Source: Candidatus Latescibacterota bacterium (lineage in GTDB: Bacteria; Latescibacterota; UBA2968; UBA8231). Taken from it: DNA of 64,000 nt. Positions 9,100-19,367 of this stretch are shown piece by piece. Location: assembly GCA_965261395.1 (NCBI GenBank), contig OZ253462.1:3232001-3296000 (forward strand), read 5' to 3'. The notes under the pieces were generated by a model that had not been told where the DNA came from, did no database searches, and saw only the letters and a program-made list of their open reading frames with translations. Both the position numbers and the translations under genes were made by a program. How positions within the stretch are numbered: position 1 is the first letter of the stretch; the number at the start of each line of letters is the position of its first letter.

Positions 9100-10830
9100 A
9101 TGCAGGGCCTGTTGTTGTGCTTAGTGGGTGTACTGTTGGTCGGCTGTGGGGACGAGGGGTACAAGAACGTGCCACGGGGCCGGACCTTGATCATGGATTG
9201 TTCCAGCTTGCAGGACTGTAGCGGGCAGATCAAGGACTACAACTCGTTTAACCCGTTTTTGCTGACCGGCGTCTCCAAGACGGGTTGGAACTTCCAGTAC
9301 GAGCCGCTGTACTTCTACAACGCCTACGACCCGCAAGCCGACAACATCATCCCTTGGATCGCCACTGGACACGAGTACAACGAAGACTATACCGAGATTA
9401 CTATCCACATCCGCGCGGGAGTCGAGTGGAGCGATGGGCAGCCGTGGACCGCGGACGACTTGGTCTTTACGATCAACATGCTCAAGGACAATGCGCCGTA
9501 TCTGTCTTTTTCCACCGACATGCAGGTTTGGGTAAAGAGCGCGGTGGCCAGCGACGCCCACACGGCTAAAATCGCGCTCACCAAGCCCAATCCGCGCTTT
9601 GTCTTCAGCTACTTCACCAACAACTTCGACAACGGCATCCCGATCGTGCCCAAGCACATTTGGGAAGGCCAAGACCCGAAGACGTTCAACAACTTCGACC
9701 AAGAGAAAGGCTGGCCTGTGGCCAGCGGCCCGTACGAGATCTTCATCTCCGTGCCCGCGCAGCGGGTGTGGGATTTGCGCCCGGACTGGTGGGCGCAGAA
9801 GACGGGCTTTCGCCAGCTTCCGGCGGTGGAGCGCATCATCTACCTGACGCACATGGAGGAGACCAAGCGGGTGCAAAATTTGATCTCCAATGCCATGGAT
9901 ACCAGCCTCGACATTCGGCCGCCGAACATCCAGTCGATCCTCGACGCCAATCCCAACGTCTCTACTTGGACCGGGCGCGACCTGCCGCACGGGTATCTCG
10001 ACTGGTGGCCGGTATGCTTGGGGTTCAACAACTTGGAGCCGCCGTTTAACGACCCAGAGATCCGCCGCGCCATCAACTACGCCATTGACCGCGACCAATT
10101 AGTGGCCATTGGCTGGCAGGGGGCCGGGACCAAATCGCATCTGCCGCTGCCGGACTTTCCGCCCATCCGCCAATACACCGACCGAATCCAAGACTTGGTG
10201 GAAAAGTACGAGATCGGCGTCCACGATCCGGCCAAGGCCGCGGCGATTATGGAGCGCAAGGGGTGGAGCAAGGACGCCGAGGGCTTTTGGACCAAAGAGG
10301 GCGAGCGGCTCAAGATCGTCATCGACATTTTCGATATTTTTACGGACTTAGCCCCGGTCTTGGTGGCGCAGTTGGAACGGGCGGGTTTCGACGCCGACTT
10401 CCGCATGACGCCCGATGCGTTTTCGCGGATGGCGCAGGGCACGGCGCGGGCCTTCTTGATGGGCAATGGCGCGAGCGTGCGCGATCCGTACTTCACCTTG
10501 CGGCTCTACCACAGCCGCTTCGTCCAACCCACTGGCACGCACTCCGAGCGGTTCTGGCGCTGGTCGAACCCGGAGTTTGACGCGCTGGTCGATCAGATGG
10601 GGGAGACTGCGCCCGACGACCCGGCGCTGCAAACGCTCTTCCGCGAGGCCATGGAAATTTGGCTGGCCGAGCTGCCCTCCATCCCCATTGTACAGTGGTA
10701 TCACCGCATCCCGCACAACCAGACCTATTGGAAGAACTGGCCGTCGGTGGAGAACCCCTATATCAACAGCGCCTACTGGCACAACACTTGGCTTTTGGTG
10801 CTGCTCGGGCTGGAGCCGGTGGATGGGTAG
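9100..10830 (+). CDS. ABC substrate-binding lipoprotein, family 5 (possibly oligosaccharide-binding)
   Basis: Lipobox LVGC, WSDGQPWTADDLVFT, PFNDPEIRRAINYAIDR. The sugar substrate is inferred from the neighbouring genes. Confidence 0.92.
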   Translation: MQGLLLCLVGVLLVGCGDEGYKNVPRGRTLIMDCSSLQDCSGQIKDYNSFNPFLLTGVSKTGWNFQYEPLYFYNAYDPQADNIIPWIATGHEYNEDYTEITIHIRAGVEWSDGQPWTADDLVFTINMLKDNAPYLSFSTDMQVWVKSAVASDAHTAKIALTKPNPRFVFSYFTNNFDNGIPIVPKHIWEGQDPKTFNNFDQEKGWPVASGPYEIFISVPAQRVWDLRPDWWAQKTGFRQLPAVERIIYLTHMEETKRVQNLISNAMDTSLDIRPPNIQSILDANPNVSTWTGRDLPHGYLDWWPVCLGFNNLEPPFNDPEIRRAINYAIDRDQLVAIGWQGAGTKSHLPLPDFPPIRQYTDRIQDLVEKYEIGVHDPAKAAAIMERKGWSKDAEGFWTKEGERLKIVIDIFDIFTDLAPVLVAQLERAGFDADFRMTPDAFSRMAQGTARAFLMGNGASVRDPYFTLRLYHSRFVQPTGTHSERFWRWSNPEFDALVDQMGETAPDDPALQTLFREAMEIWLAELPSIPIVQWYHRIPHNQTYWKNWPSVENPYINSAYWHNTWLLVLLGLEPVDG

Positions 10831-10857
10831 GGGAGCGCCGCCACAGGGAGAAGCACC

Positions 10858-11718
10858 ATGCGCTATCGGCGATTTGGGCGCACAGAATTGCAGGTGAGCG
10901 CGGTCAGCTTGGGTGGGGCTTACTTGGGCGGCAAGGACCCGGAGCGCGCCGAGGAAAACGCTCGAGCGATTGTGCGGCGCGCGTTGGATTTGGGCTGCAA
11001 TTACATCGATACAGCACCACTCTACGGGGCGAGCGAAGAACTGCTGGGCAAGGCACTAGCGGGGGAGCGCCGCCCTTTTTATTTGGCGACCAAAGTAGGG
11101 TTTAAGCCGGAAGACTTTGACTACCGGCGCGATTCGGTTTTGCAGAGCTTGGAGCGCAGCTTGGCATTGTTGGGACTAACTAAGCTGACGGTGGCGCAGA
11201 TCCACGAGGTGAACTTGGCGGGTTGGGAGCGGATCGTGGAAAAGGGCGGGACTTTGGAGGGCTTGCGCGCCGCGCAAAAACAGGGGCTGTGCGATTTTAT
11301 CGGCGTGACGGGCCGGGCCATCCCCCTGTTGGCGCGGCTGGCGGCGACCGGCGAATTCGACGTGGTGCTGTGCTACCACGACTACCATCCCTGTGTGCAG
11401 TTAGCCGCGGAGGCCGTCTTGCCGGCCGCCGCGCAAAGCGATATGGGCGTGGTGCTGGCGACGGTGTTGGCTGGGGGTATGTACGTCGTCGGCAAGGACC
11501 AGCGCGCGGCGGTGGAGCGTCGATTTGAACGCGAGGAAGAGCGGCAGCGGGCATGGGCGATTATCGAGCAGCTAACGCAACAGGAATCAACGCTACCGCA
11601 GAGCGCGTTTCGCTGGGTCTTGGCCGACGAGCGGGTCTCGACCGTGTCCAGTGGCGCGGCGAGCGTGGCGGAGCTAGAGGAAGTGGCGCAGGCCGGGGAT
11701 ATGACGCCGGATTGGTAG
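10858..11718 (+). CDS. Aldo/keto reductase
   Basis: YRRFGRTELQVS, IDTAPLYG, ATKVG, QIHE. Confidence 0.9.
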   Translation: MRYRRFGRTELQVSAVSLGGAYLGGKDPERAEENARAIVRRALDLGCNYIDTAPLYGASEELLGKALAGERRPFYLATKVGFKPEDFDYRRDSVLQSLERSLALLGLTKLTVAQIHEVNLAGWERIVEKGGTLEGLRAAQKQGLCDFIGVTGRAIPLLARLAATGEFDVVLCYHDYHPCVQLAAEAVLPAAAQSDMGVVLATVLAGGMYVVGKDQRAAVERRFEREEERQRAWAIIEQLTQQESTLPQSAFRWVLADERVSTVSSGAASVAELEEVAQAGDMTPDW

Positions 11719-11742
11719 GGGCGACCGGCCGGTCGCCCCTAC
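11715..11742. repeat. Perfect 28-bp GTAG-type REP-like palindrome, probable bidirectional terminator
   Basis: GTAGGGGCGACCGGCCGGTCGCCCCTAC equals its own reverse complement and lies between convergent genes. Confidence 0.8.
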
Positions 11743-12791
11743 ATCCAGCCGTGCTGGATGGTCACGGGTGCGCCGGAAGTCTGGGTCTGCCAATGCGGCC
11801 TGCGGCCTATTTTGACCTCGCGGCGGGTGAGGGACGAGGCTTCGGCGGCGAAGAGGATTTCCATGATGTGCCGCCCGTATTGGCCGTGGGTCGGCGGCTC
11901 GATGTTGAGCGCGATGGCCTCGGCAAAGCTCTTCCACTCGTGGTACATCTCGGTCGGCGCGTCCTCAAAGGGGACGTCTTCCCACGTATCGCCCTGGCCT
12001 ACTTTGACGTATTTCTCGCCGTGCTGGCTGAAGCGCAGCGAGCCGTTGGCGCAAATCACTTGGCATTCAAAATTCGGCGCTCCGTCGGCGTAGCCTATGG
12101 CTACGGCCGTGCCGGCGAGGCCGTTTTTGTAGCGGATAAAGGCCGTGGCTGAGTCGTCGCTGGCTTGGTAGTGCGCGCGGGTGCCAATGGCGGCCGAGAC
12201 CGACGCGGCTTGCGAAGCCATCACCCACGTGAGTCGATCGACGACGTGGACGCCGTTGGTCAACCACATGCCGCCGCCGTGGAAGCGACTGCGGTATTGG
12301 GGCCGCCGCCCGGCGAAATTCCAGTTTTTCGACATGTAGCTGACAGCCGTGATCACCGGGCCGAGCTGGCCGGAGTCGAGGATTTCCTTGGCCTTGAGAC
12401 TGGTGCTGTAAAAGTGCTGCGACAGCCCGACCATTAGCTTGACATTGTTTTCGGCAGCGGCGGCGACCATGGCGTCGCATTGCTCTAGGCTGATGGCCAT
12501 GGGCTTTTCGACGAGCACGTGCTTGCCGGCGCGGCAGGCGTCGATGGTGAGCTGGTGGTGGAGTTGGTGCCCGAGCACGACGGCGACCGCGTCAATGTCG
12601 GCATCCGCCAAGAGTTCGTGGTGGGTTGGATAGCCCTTGGGGATGTGGTACTTGTCCATGTACTCGCGCCGCTTCTCCTCGAGCAGATCGGCGACCGCGA
12701 CGACTTCCACTTGGTCGAGATGGGCGATTGAATCGCAGTGGGAGCGGGCGATGCCGCCGAGGCCAATGATGCCGACTTTGAGAGCTGCCAT
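11739..12791 (-). CDS. Gfo/Idh/MocA family oxidoreductase
   Basis: GIIGLGGIA, GKHVLVEKP, GGGMW...GVH..D. Start set at MAALKVG (12791), which has an AAGGA RBS. Confidence 0.92.
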   Translation of the reverse strand: MAALKVGIIGLGGIARSHCDSIAHLDQVEVVAVADLLEEKRREYMDKYHIPKGYPTHHELLADADIDAVAVVLGHQLHHQLTIDACRAGKHVLVEKPMAISLEQCDAMVAAAAENNVKLMVGLSQHFYSTSLKAKEILDSGQLGPVITAVSYMSKNWNFAGRRPQYRSRFHGGGMWLTNGVHVVDRLTWVMASQAASVSAAIGTRAHYQASDDSATAFIRYKNGLAGTAVAIGYADGAPNFECQVICANGSLRFSQHGEKYVKVGQGDTWEDVPFEDAPTEMYHEWKSFAEAIALNIEPPTHGQYGRHIMEILFAAEASSLTRREVKIGRRPHWQTQTSGAPVTIQHGWM

Positions 12792-12901
12792 AGGGTGTCC
12801 TTTGGTGTGAATATAAGGTGCGCTAAGTATAGGCGGCGGCTTGGTAGGCGACAAATCGCCGAGCATTTGCGCCAAAATAAATAATGTCCTAAGATGCTCT
12901 G

Positions 12902-14845
12902 ATGCCCGGTAATTTTACCTATCGCTCGCTCGCTTTTGGAGCCTTGCTGTCGCTGGCGATCAACGTGTTTTTCGCCTATGCGCGGCTGGCGATGGCTACT
13001 GCGGGCATGTCCTCCGATTATATCACCGCCGGAGCGGTTTTCCTGTTCTTCCTGGTGGTGGCGTTTTTCAATCCCGCGCTCAAGCTGATTCACCGTGCTT
13101 GGGGCTTTAACCGCTCCGAGTTGATCATCATCTACGCGATGATGATCATTGGCTCGGCCATTCCCACGTGGGGTTTTACGGGCAATTTGATCGCCATGTT
13201 GCCCAATATCTACTACTATGCCACCCCCGAGAACAACTGGTCGGAGCTGCTGCATCCCTACGTCCGCGAGTGGATGGTGCCGCAAGACCCGGACGCGATC
13301 AAGTACTTCTTCGAGGGCCTACCCAAGGGGCAGCCCATCCCCTGGGAACACTGGATGGTGCCGCTTGCGGCTTGGGTCTCGTTTATTCTGTCGATCTACC
13401 TAATGATGATCACCATCGCGTCGATCGTCCGCCGCCAGTGGGTTGACTACGACCGCTTGACCTTTCCGCTGTTGCAGCTACCCATCGACCTGACTGAAGA
13501 AGGCAAGAGCGGGTCCATCATCACTCCGCTGTTCAAAAGGCCGCTTTTGTGGATCGGGTTCGCGCTGCCCTTGGTGCTGTACAGCACCAACGCCTTAAAC
13601 CACTATTTCCCCTTTATCCCGGCGGTGCAGTTGCGCCACAACATCTCGCTGTTTAACAACGCGCTGGGGCTGACGACCAACGTGAACTTTGTGGCGCTGG
13701 GACTGGCGTACTTTTTGAGCTTAGACGTGGGGTTGAGCATCTGGCTCTTCCACTTGCTGACCAAAGCGCAGATCACCACTGAGAACGTCCTCGGCTATTC
13801 GCTGCCGGGCCGCCGCGACCTGTTTATGGAAGGTTCGATGTCGGTGTCCTACGAGGGGATGGGGGCCATGCTGGTGCTGGTGCTCTACGGGCTGTGGATC
13901 AGCCGCGGCTACTTGCGGCAGGTCTGGCGCAAGGCCCTGTACAACGAGGGGGAGCTGGATGATTCGCAGGAGATTCTCTCGTATCGGGCGGCGCTCATCG
14001 TCTTGGTCTTGGCCAGCGCCTATGCCACCGTTTGGCTGACCTTATCGGGCGTGCCGTGGTGGGTTGCGCTGTTTTTTCTTTTGGTGGCCTTCTGCGTCTT
14101 TTACGGGCTGACGCGGATCGTCGCCGAGGGAGGGTTGGGTTTTGCACGGGCGCAGATGACGGCGCAGCCGTTTGTGATTGACGCGGTGGGCACGGAGGCG
14201 ATCGGTCCGGCGGGGCTGGTGAGCTTGGGGATGACCTTTAGCTGGGCGGGCGATTTGCGGACCATGGTTATGGCCTCAGCGATCAATGGCCTCAAGCTGG
14301 CCGATATTGGCCAAGTGCGGGGACGGCCGCTGTTTTGGGCGCTGATGCTCTCGATTGTGGTCGGCTTGGCTGGTTCGGTGTGGATGGTGGTGTGGATGGG
14401 ATACCAGTACGGGGGCATCAATTTGGACTGGTGGTTCTACAACCGCTTCGGCGAGATCGTCCACGGCGACTCGGCCTACAAGATCGCCAACCCGAGACAT
14501 CCCCTAGACGACTTCTATGAGATCGGGCCGCGCTTTCTGTTTGCAGGGATCGGCGCGGGGATCATGGGGCTGTTGATGTACGCCCGGCACCACTTTCTCT
14601 GGTGGCCGGTGCATTACCTCGGCTTTCCCATCGGCGCGACCCTGACGATCATCTGGACTTGGTTCAGCATTTTCATTGGCTGGATCCTCAAGGCGCTGGT
14701 GCTCAAATACGGCGGCGTGACGCTTTATCGGCAGCTACGGCCTTTGTTTTTGGGATTGATTTTGGGGCATATTTTCGTCTCGGGATTCTGGGTGCTTTTC
14801 GACTACATCACCGGGGAGACCGGCAACCGGATTCCGATTTTTTGA
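12902..14845 (+). CDS. DUF6785/DUF6784-like polytopic membrane protein (putative transporter)
   Basis: Many TM segments; motifs YYYATPENNW, RRQWVDYDRLTFP, WWPVHYLG, LKYGG..LYR.LRPLFLGLILG. Confidence 0.75.
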   Translation: MPGNFTYRSLAFGALLSLAINVFFAYARLAMATAGMSSDYITAGAVFLFFLVVAFFNPALKLIHRAWGFNRSELIIIYAMMIIGSAIPTWGFTGNLIAMLPNIYYYATPENNWSELLHPYVREWMVPQDPDAIKYFFEGLPKGQPIPWEHWMVPLAAWVSFILSIYLMMITIASIVRRQWVDYDRLTFPLLQLPIDLTEEGKSGSIITPLFKRPLLWIGFALPLVLYSTNALNHYFPFIPAVQLRHNISLFNNALGLTTNVNFVALGLAYFLSLDVGLSIWLFHLLTKAQITTENVLGYSLPGRRDLFMEGSMSVSYEGMGAMLVLVLYGLWISRGYLRQVWRKALYNEGELDDSQEILSYRAALIVLVLASAYATVWLTLSGVPWWVALFFLLVAFCVFYGLTRIVAEGGLGFARAQMTAQPFVIDAVGTEAIGPAGLVSLGMTFSWAGDLRTMVMASAINGLKLADIGQVRGRPLFWALMLSIVVGLAGSVWMVVWMGYQYGGINLDWWFYNRFGEIVHGDSAYKIANPRHPLDDFYEIGPRFLFAGIGAGIMGLLMYARHHFLWWPVHYLGFPIGATLTIIWTWFSIFIGWILKALVLKYGGVTLYRQLRPLFLGLILGHIFVSGFWVLFDYITGETGNRIPIF

Positions 14846-14857
14846 GGAGGAAAACCA

Positions 14858-15886
14858 ATGCGAGCAGGAGATAGAGAAAAAATTGGGCCGCACGGCTTGG
14901 AGGTAACGCGCTTGGGACTGGGCGGCACGACTTTTGGCAACATGTACTCGGTGCTGAGCGAGCAGGAAGGGCTGGACGTACTGGACGCGGCCTTTGCGGC
15001 TGGGGTGCGCTACTTCGACACTGCGCCGCTGTATGGCTACGGCCTGAGCGAGACGCGCTTGGGGCCGGGGCTGGCGCGCTACGACCGCGACGAGATCGTC
15101 CTGTCCTCGAAAGTGGGCTATACGCTGGTGGAGCGGAAACCCGGCGACGACTATGTCGATCTGTTCGTCGATGCGCCCGAGATGACCAGCTATTTCGACT
15201 ACTCGCGCGACGCGGTGCTGCGCTCGATTGAGGGGAGTTTAGCGCGGCTCAAAATGGATCGCCTCGATATGGTGCTAATCCACGATCCCGACGAGGCGAG
15301 GAGTATTGAGCCGGATTGGACGCCGGGCGAGCGGGGGTACTTCGATCAAGTGATGGCCGAAACGTATCCCGTGCTCGACGAGCTGCGCCAGCAGCAGGTA
15401 GTCAAGGCCATTGGCTTGGGCATGAACCAGTGGCAGATGCTGGCGGATTTTGCCCGCGCCGGGGACTTCGACGCCTTTTTGCTGGCTGGCCGCTATACGC
15501 TGCTGGAGCAGGAATCGCTGCGCGAGTTGTTGCCGCTGTGCTTGGAAAAGGGAGTGCGGATCGTCATTGGCGGGCCGTACAATTCGGGGATTTTGGCTAC
15601 CGGAGCGGTCGAGGGTGCGTATTACAACTACGCGCCCGCGCCGGAAGATGTGTTGGCGAAGGTGCGCCGCATTGAGGCGGTCTGCGCTCGGCACGAGGTG
15701 CCCTTGCCAGCCGCGGCGCTGCAATTCCCCTTTGGGCATCCGGCGGTGGCAACCGTCATTCCCGGGGCGCGGACCGTCGCGGAAGTTGCCGCCAATGTGG
15801 CCTGCCTAGAGCACGCAATCCCAGCCGACTGCTGGGCCGAACTCAAGCAGGAAGGGCTGATTGACGCGGAGGCACCGACGCCTTAG
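14858..15886 (+). CDS. Aldo/keto reductase, D-threo-aldose/L-fucose dehydrogenase-like
   Basis: YFDTAPLYGYGLSE, FDYSRD, IHDPD, LLAGRYTLLEQ, YNSGILA. Confidence 0.88.
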   Translation: MRAGDREKIGPHGLEVTRLGLGGTTFGNMYSVLSEQEGLDVLDAAFAAGVRYFDTAPLYGYGLSETRLGPGLARYDRDEIVLSSKVGYTLVERKPGDDYVDLFVDAPEMTSYFDYSRDAVLRSIEGSLARLKMDRLDMVLIHDPDEARSIEPDWTPGERGYFDQVMAETYPVLDELRQQQVVKAIGLGMNQWQMLADFARAGDFDAFLLAGRYTLLEQESLRELLPLCLEKGVRIVIGGPYNSGILATGAVEGAYYNYAPAPEDVLAKVRRIEAVCARHEVPLPAAALQFPFGHPAVATVIPGARTVAEVAANVACLEHAIPADCWAELKQEGLIDAEAPTP

Positions 15887-15930
15887 GCACCGCTGCAAAC
15901 TATCCCCATTCACACCGAGGAGTAATCACA

Positions 15931-18414
15931 ATGTCCAATTGGCCGATGCTCAAGCACTACGATCGGGATCATCTCGCCAGCATTGCCATGCCCATTGGCG
16001 GCATTGGCACGGGCACAATTTCACTGGGCGGACGCGGGGATTTGCGCGACTGGGAACTAATGAACCGCCCGGCCAAGGGATTTGTCCCAAGGGGCGAGGC
16101 GGGCCGAGGCGGCGGCCCATTTTTTGCCCTGTACGCCAAACCCGCTGGCGGCCCATCCGTCACCCGGGCGCTCGAAGGACCGGTGGATGTCTCCGAATAC
16201 CAGGGTGCGAGCGGCAGTGTGGCGGTCAATCACGGCTTGCCGCGCTTTGCGCAATGTGCGTTTACCGCGGCCTATCCACTGGCACAGGTCCAGCTATCTG
16301 ATCCGCAGGTTCCGGTCGCGGTTTGTCTCGAAGCGTTTAACCCGCTTATTCCCGCCAACGCCGATGACAGCGGCATCCCTATCGCGGTGCTGCGCTATAC
16401 GCTCACCAATCGGACCAACAAGCGCGTCGCGGCCTCGGTATGCGGCTCGCTGCCCAATTTTATTGGCAACGATGGCGTCGAAGAGTTGGCCCGGGCCAAT
16501 CGCAATCGCTTTCGCCAGGCAACGCACTGTCAGGGCATTTTCATGGATAGCGAAGGGGTTGATCCAGCCGCCATCAGTTATGGCACTATGGCCCTGACCA
16601 CCACGGCCAAAACGGGTATTACCTATCGCACGGCTTGGAAAAAAGCCGGGTGGGGCACGTCGCTGCTCGACTTTTGGGACGACTTTGCCGCCGATGGCCG
16701 GGTGGAAGAGCGCCCCAGCGCAGGGGCCGACATGCCGAGTGCTTCGCTGGTGGTGCGCACCAACATTTTGCCCAAGGCACACAAGACCATCACCTTCTTG
16801 CTGACGTGGCACTTTCCCAATCGGCACACGTGGTCGCCGGGCGACGACCCCTACCTTGGCAACTACTATGCGACGCACTATGGCGATGCGTGGGATGTGG
16901 CCGGCAAAACCGCGCCGCGGCTCAAAAAGCTCGAACAACAGACCGTGCGCTTTGTCCAAGCCTTCGCAGCCAGCGACCTGCCCGAGGTAGTCAAGGAAGC
17001 CGCCCTTTTCAATCTCAGCACCCTGCGGACGCAAACGTGCTTCCGCACCCCCGATGGACGTTTATTTGGCTGGGAGGGATACAACGATCACAGCGGCTGC
17101 TGCATGGGTTCCTGTACGCATGTGTGGAATTACGAACAAAGTACGGCGTTCCTCTTTGGCGATCTGGCCCGCACGATGCGCGATACCGAATTCAATCACG
17201 CCACCGACGACCAAGGCATGATGAACTTTCGCGTCCATCTGCCCCTCAGTCGCGCCCAAGAATTTGGCAAAGCTGCGGCCGACGGTCAGATGGGCTGTAT
17301 TATGAAAGCCTATCGCGACTGGCAGCTTTGCGGCGACGATGCCTTCCTCCAATCGATTTGGGCCAAGGTCAAAAAGGCCCTTGAATTTTGCTGGATCGAA
17401 GGGGGGTGGGACGGCGATGGCGACGGCGTTATGGAGGGCTGTCAGCACAATACCATGGATGTCGAATACTACGGCCCTAATCCACAAATGGGGATCTGGT
17501 ATCTGGGGGCTTTGCGCGCCGGCGAGGAAATGGCGGCCCATCTGGGCGAATCCGACTTTGCCCAAACCTGCCGGCGGCTCTACCAGAGTGGCCGCGCCTA
17601 CATCGACGAGCAATTGTTCAATGGCGAGTACTACGAGCATCGCATTGAGCCAGCCAAAAAAGTGGCCGCATCGCTGCGGCTGAGTATGGGCGCGGCGGAA
17701 CTCGCCGATCCAGATTACCAACTCGGCAGCGGTTGTCTGGTGGATCAGCTCGTTGGCCAGTTTTTCGCCCACGTCTGCGGCTTGGGCTATCTGACCAAAC
17801 GCGCCCACGTGCGCCAAACGCTCAAGAGCATCCGCAAGTACAACCACCGCAAGAAGCTGACGGATCACTTCAACTGCATGCGCTCTTATGCCTTGGGCGA
17901 TGAATCGGCCTTGCTCATGGCGAGCTATCCCCACGAGCGGCCCGACAACCCATTTCCCTATTTCACGGAAGTGATGACCGGGTTTGAATACACGGCGGCC
18001 ATTGGCATGCTCTACGAAGGGCAACTCAAAAACGGTCTGCAAACCATGCGCGACATTCGCAATCGCTACGATGGGGCGAAACGCAGTCCCTTTGACGAAG
18101 CCGAATGCGGCCATCACTACGCCCGCGCCATGGTGGCTTGGGCCGGGGTGCTGGCGCTGACGGGATTTAATTATTCGGGGGTTACAAAGTCCATCGCCTT
18201 TGCCGCGAAGCTCGGGACCTTTTTCTGGTCAAATGGTGCTGCTTGGGGCACGGTGTGCATTGCCCAACGGCAGTCGGGCTATCGCATTGCCTTGGATGTT
18301 TTGTATGGGCAGATCAAAATCAAGCACTTTAGGCTGACCGGCGTGGGCGAGCACACCTTTGACCGGGAGCTCGTGCTGCGCGAGAATAGCCAACGGACCT
18401 TTGTCGTGGGATGA
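15931..18414 (+). CDS. GH116 glycoside hydrolase (non-lysosomal glucosylceramidase-like)
   Basis: MPIGGIGTGTI, WEG nucleophile region, SCTHVWNY, DGQMG, HNTMD, EAECGHHYARAM. Confidence 0.9.
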   Translation: MSNWPMLKHYDRDHLASIAMPIGGIGTGTISLGGRGDLRDWELMNRPAKGFVPRGEAGRGGGPFFALYAKPAGGPSVTRALEGPVDVSEYQGASGSVAVNHGLPRFAQCAFTAAYPLAQVQLSDPQVPVAVCLEAFNPLIPANADDSGIPIAVLRYTLTNRTNKRVAASVCGSLPNFIGNDGVEELARANRNRFRQATHCQGIFMDSEGVDPAAISYGTMALTTTAKTGITYRTAWKKAGWGTSLLDFWDDFAADGRVEERPSAGADMPSASLVVRTNILPKAHKTITFLLTWHFPNRHTWSPGDDPYLGNYYATHYGDAWDVAGKTAPRLKKLEQQTVRFVQAFAASDLPEVVKEAALFNLSTLRTQTCFRTPDGRLFGWEGYNDHSGCCMGSCTHVWNYEQSTAFLFGDLARTMRDTEFNHATDDQGMMNFRVHLPLSRAQEFGKAAADGQMGCIMKAYRDWQLCGDDAFLQSIWAKVKKALEFCWIEGGWDGDGDGVMEGCQHNTMDVEYYGPNPQMGIWYLGALRAGEEMAAHLGESDFAQTCRRLYQSGRAYIDEQLFNGEYYEHRIEPAKKVAASLRLSMGAAELADPDYQLGSGCLVDQLVGQFFAHVCGLGYLTKRAHVRQTLKSIRKYNHRKKLTDHFNCMRSYALGDESALLMASYPHERPDNPFPYFTEVMTGFEYTAAIGMLYEGQLKNGLQTMRDIRNRYDGAKRSPFDEAECGHHYARAMVAWAGVLALTGFNYSGVTKSIAFAAKLGTFFWSNGAAWGTVCIAQRQSGYRIALDVLYGQIKIKHFRLTGVGEHTFDRELVLRENSQRTFVVG

Positions 18415-18428
18415 AAGGAGCATAAAAC

Positions 18429-19196
18429 ATGACGCGCTATACCCGCATTGGCCTGACCGGGGCCAACGGCACCATCGGCCGCGTGCTGCTGGCCGGCTTG
18501 GGAGCTGAGTACGAATTCAAGGCATTCACGCGCCGCCCGGTCGATTTTCCTGCCACTATCGTCAATTTCGACCGTCCCGCAGAGGTCGAAGGGGCCTTTG
18601 AGGGCTTGGAGGCCGTAATTCACTTGGCTGCCGATCCCAGCCCAAGCGCCTCTTGGGAGAGCGTGCGGGACCACAACCTCGAGGGCATGTACCAGGTGCT
18701 GGAAGAGTGCCGCCGATCTGGGGTCAGACGTTTGGTCTTTGCCTCGACCAATCACACCCAGCACGGCAATACTATTTTGACCACGCCCGAGACCTTAGAT
18801 CCGTCCAAGCGCATCCGCATGCGCCTGGACGAGCCGCCTAATCCCGATTCCATGTACGCGGTCTCCAAGCTCTTTGGCGAACACATGGGCAAGCTGTATA
18901 GTCAGCGCTACGGTCTCGAATTCGTCGGTCTGCGCATCGGCTGGATCATTGCGGAGGACGATCCGACCACCATGCGCGGCACTCCTGCCGAGGACTATAT
19001 GCGGGCCATGTTCCTCAGCCACCGCGACTGCATTGAAGCCCATCGTCGTGCCCTGGAAGTGGACACCCAGTACCTGCTGGCCTATGTGGTCAGCGGCAAC
19101 GGACGGCGCGTTTTTGACCTAGAGGCCACCGGGAAGGATCTGGGTTATGTGCCGCAAGACGACGCTGAGGATTACTTTCGCCGAGTGGAGGGGTAG
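18429..19196 (+). CDS. NAD-dependent epimerase/dehydrogenase (uronate dehydrogenase-like)
   Basis: TGANGTIG, HLAA, FASTNH, YAVSK, LRIG, LSHRD. Confidence 0.85.
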   Translation: MTRYTRIGLTGANGTIGRVLLAGLGAEYEFKAFTRRPVDFPATIVNFDRPAEVEGAFEGLEAVIHLAADPSPSASWESVRDHNLEGMYQVLEECRRSGVRRLVFASTNHTQHGNTILTTPETLDPSKRIRMRLDEPPNPDSMYAVSKLFGEHMGKLYSQRYGLEFVGLRIGWIIAEDDPTTMRGTPAEDYMRAMFLSHRDCIEAHRRALEVDTQYLLAYVVSGNGRRVFDLEATGKDLGYVPQDDAEDYFRRVEG

Positions 19197-19367
19197 AACT
19201 TTCTCGCCGCCGAGGCTCCGACGCCTTGAGCAGTAGATTGATTGGACGTATTTTAAGGCCGCTTACCAGCTCCTTGCGCCTGGGAAGCAACTCATCTCAA
19301 CCTCGTCCTCTAAGTTGGCTGGATAGCCTTCTAGTCAAACTTGGGGACTTAATTAGAAAGGAAAGGC

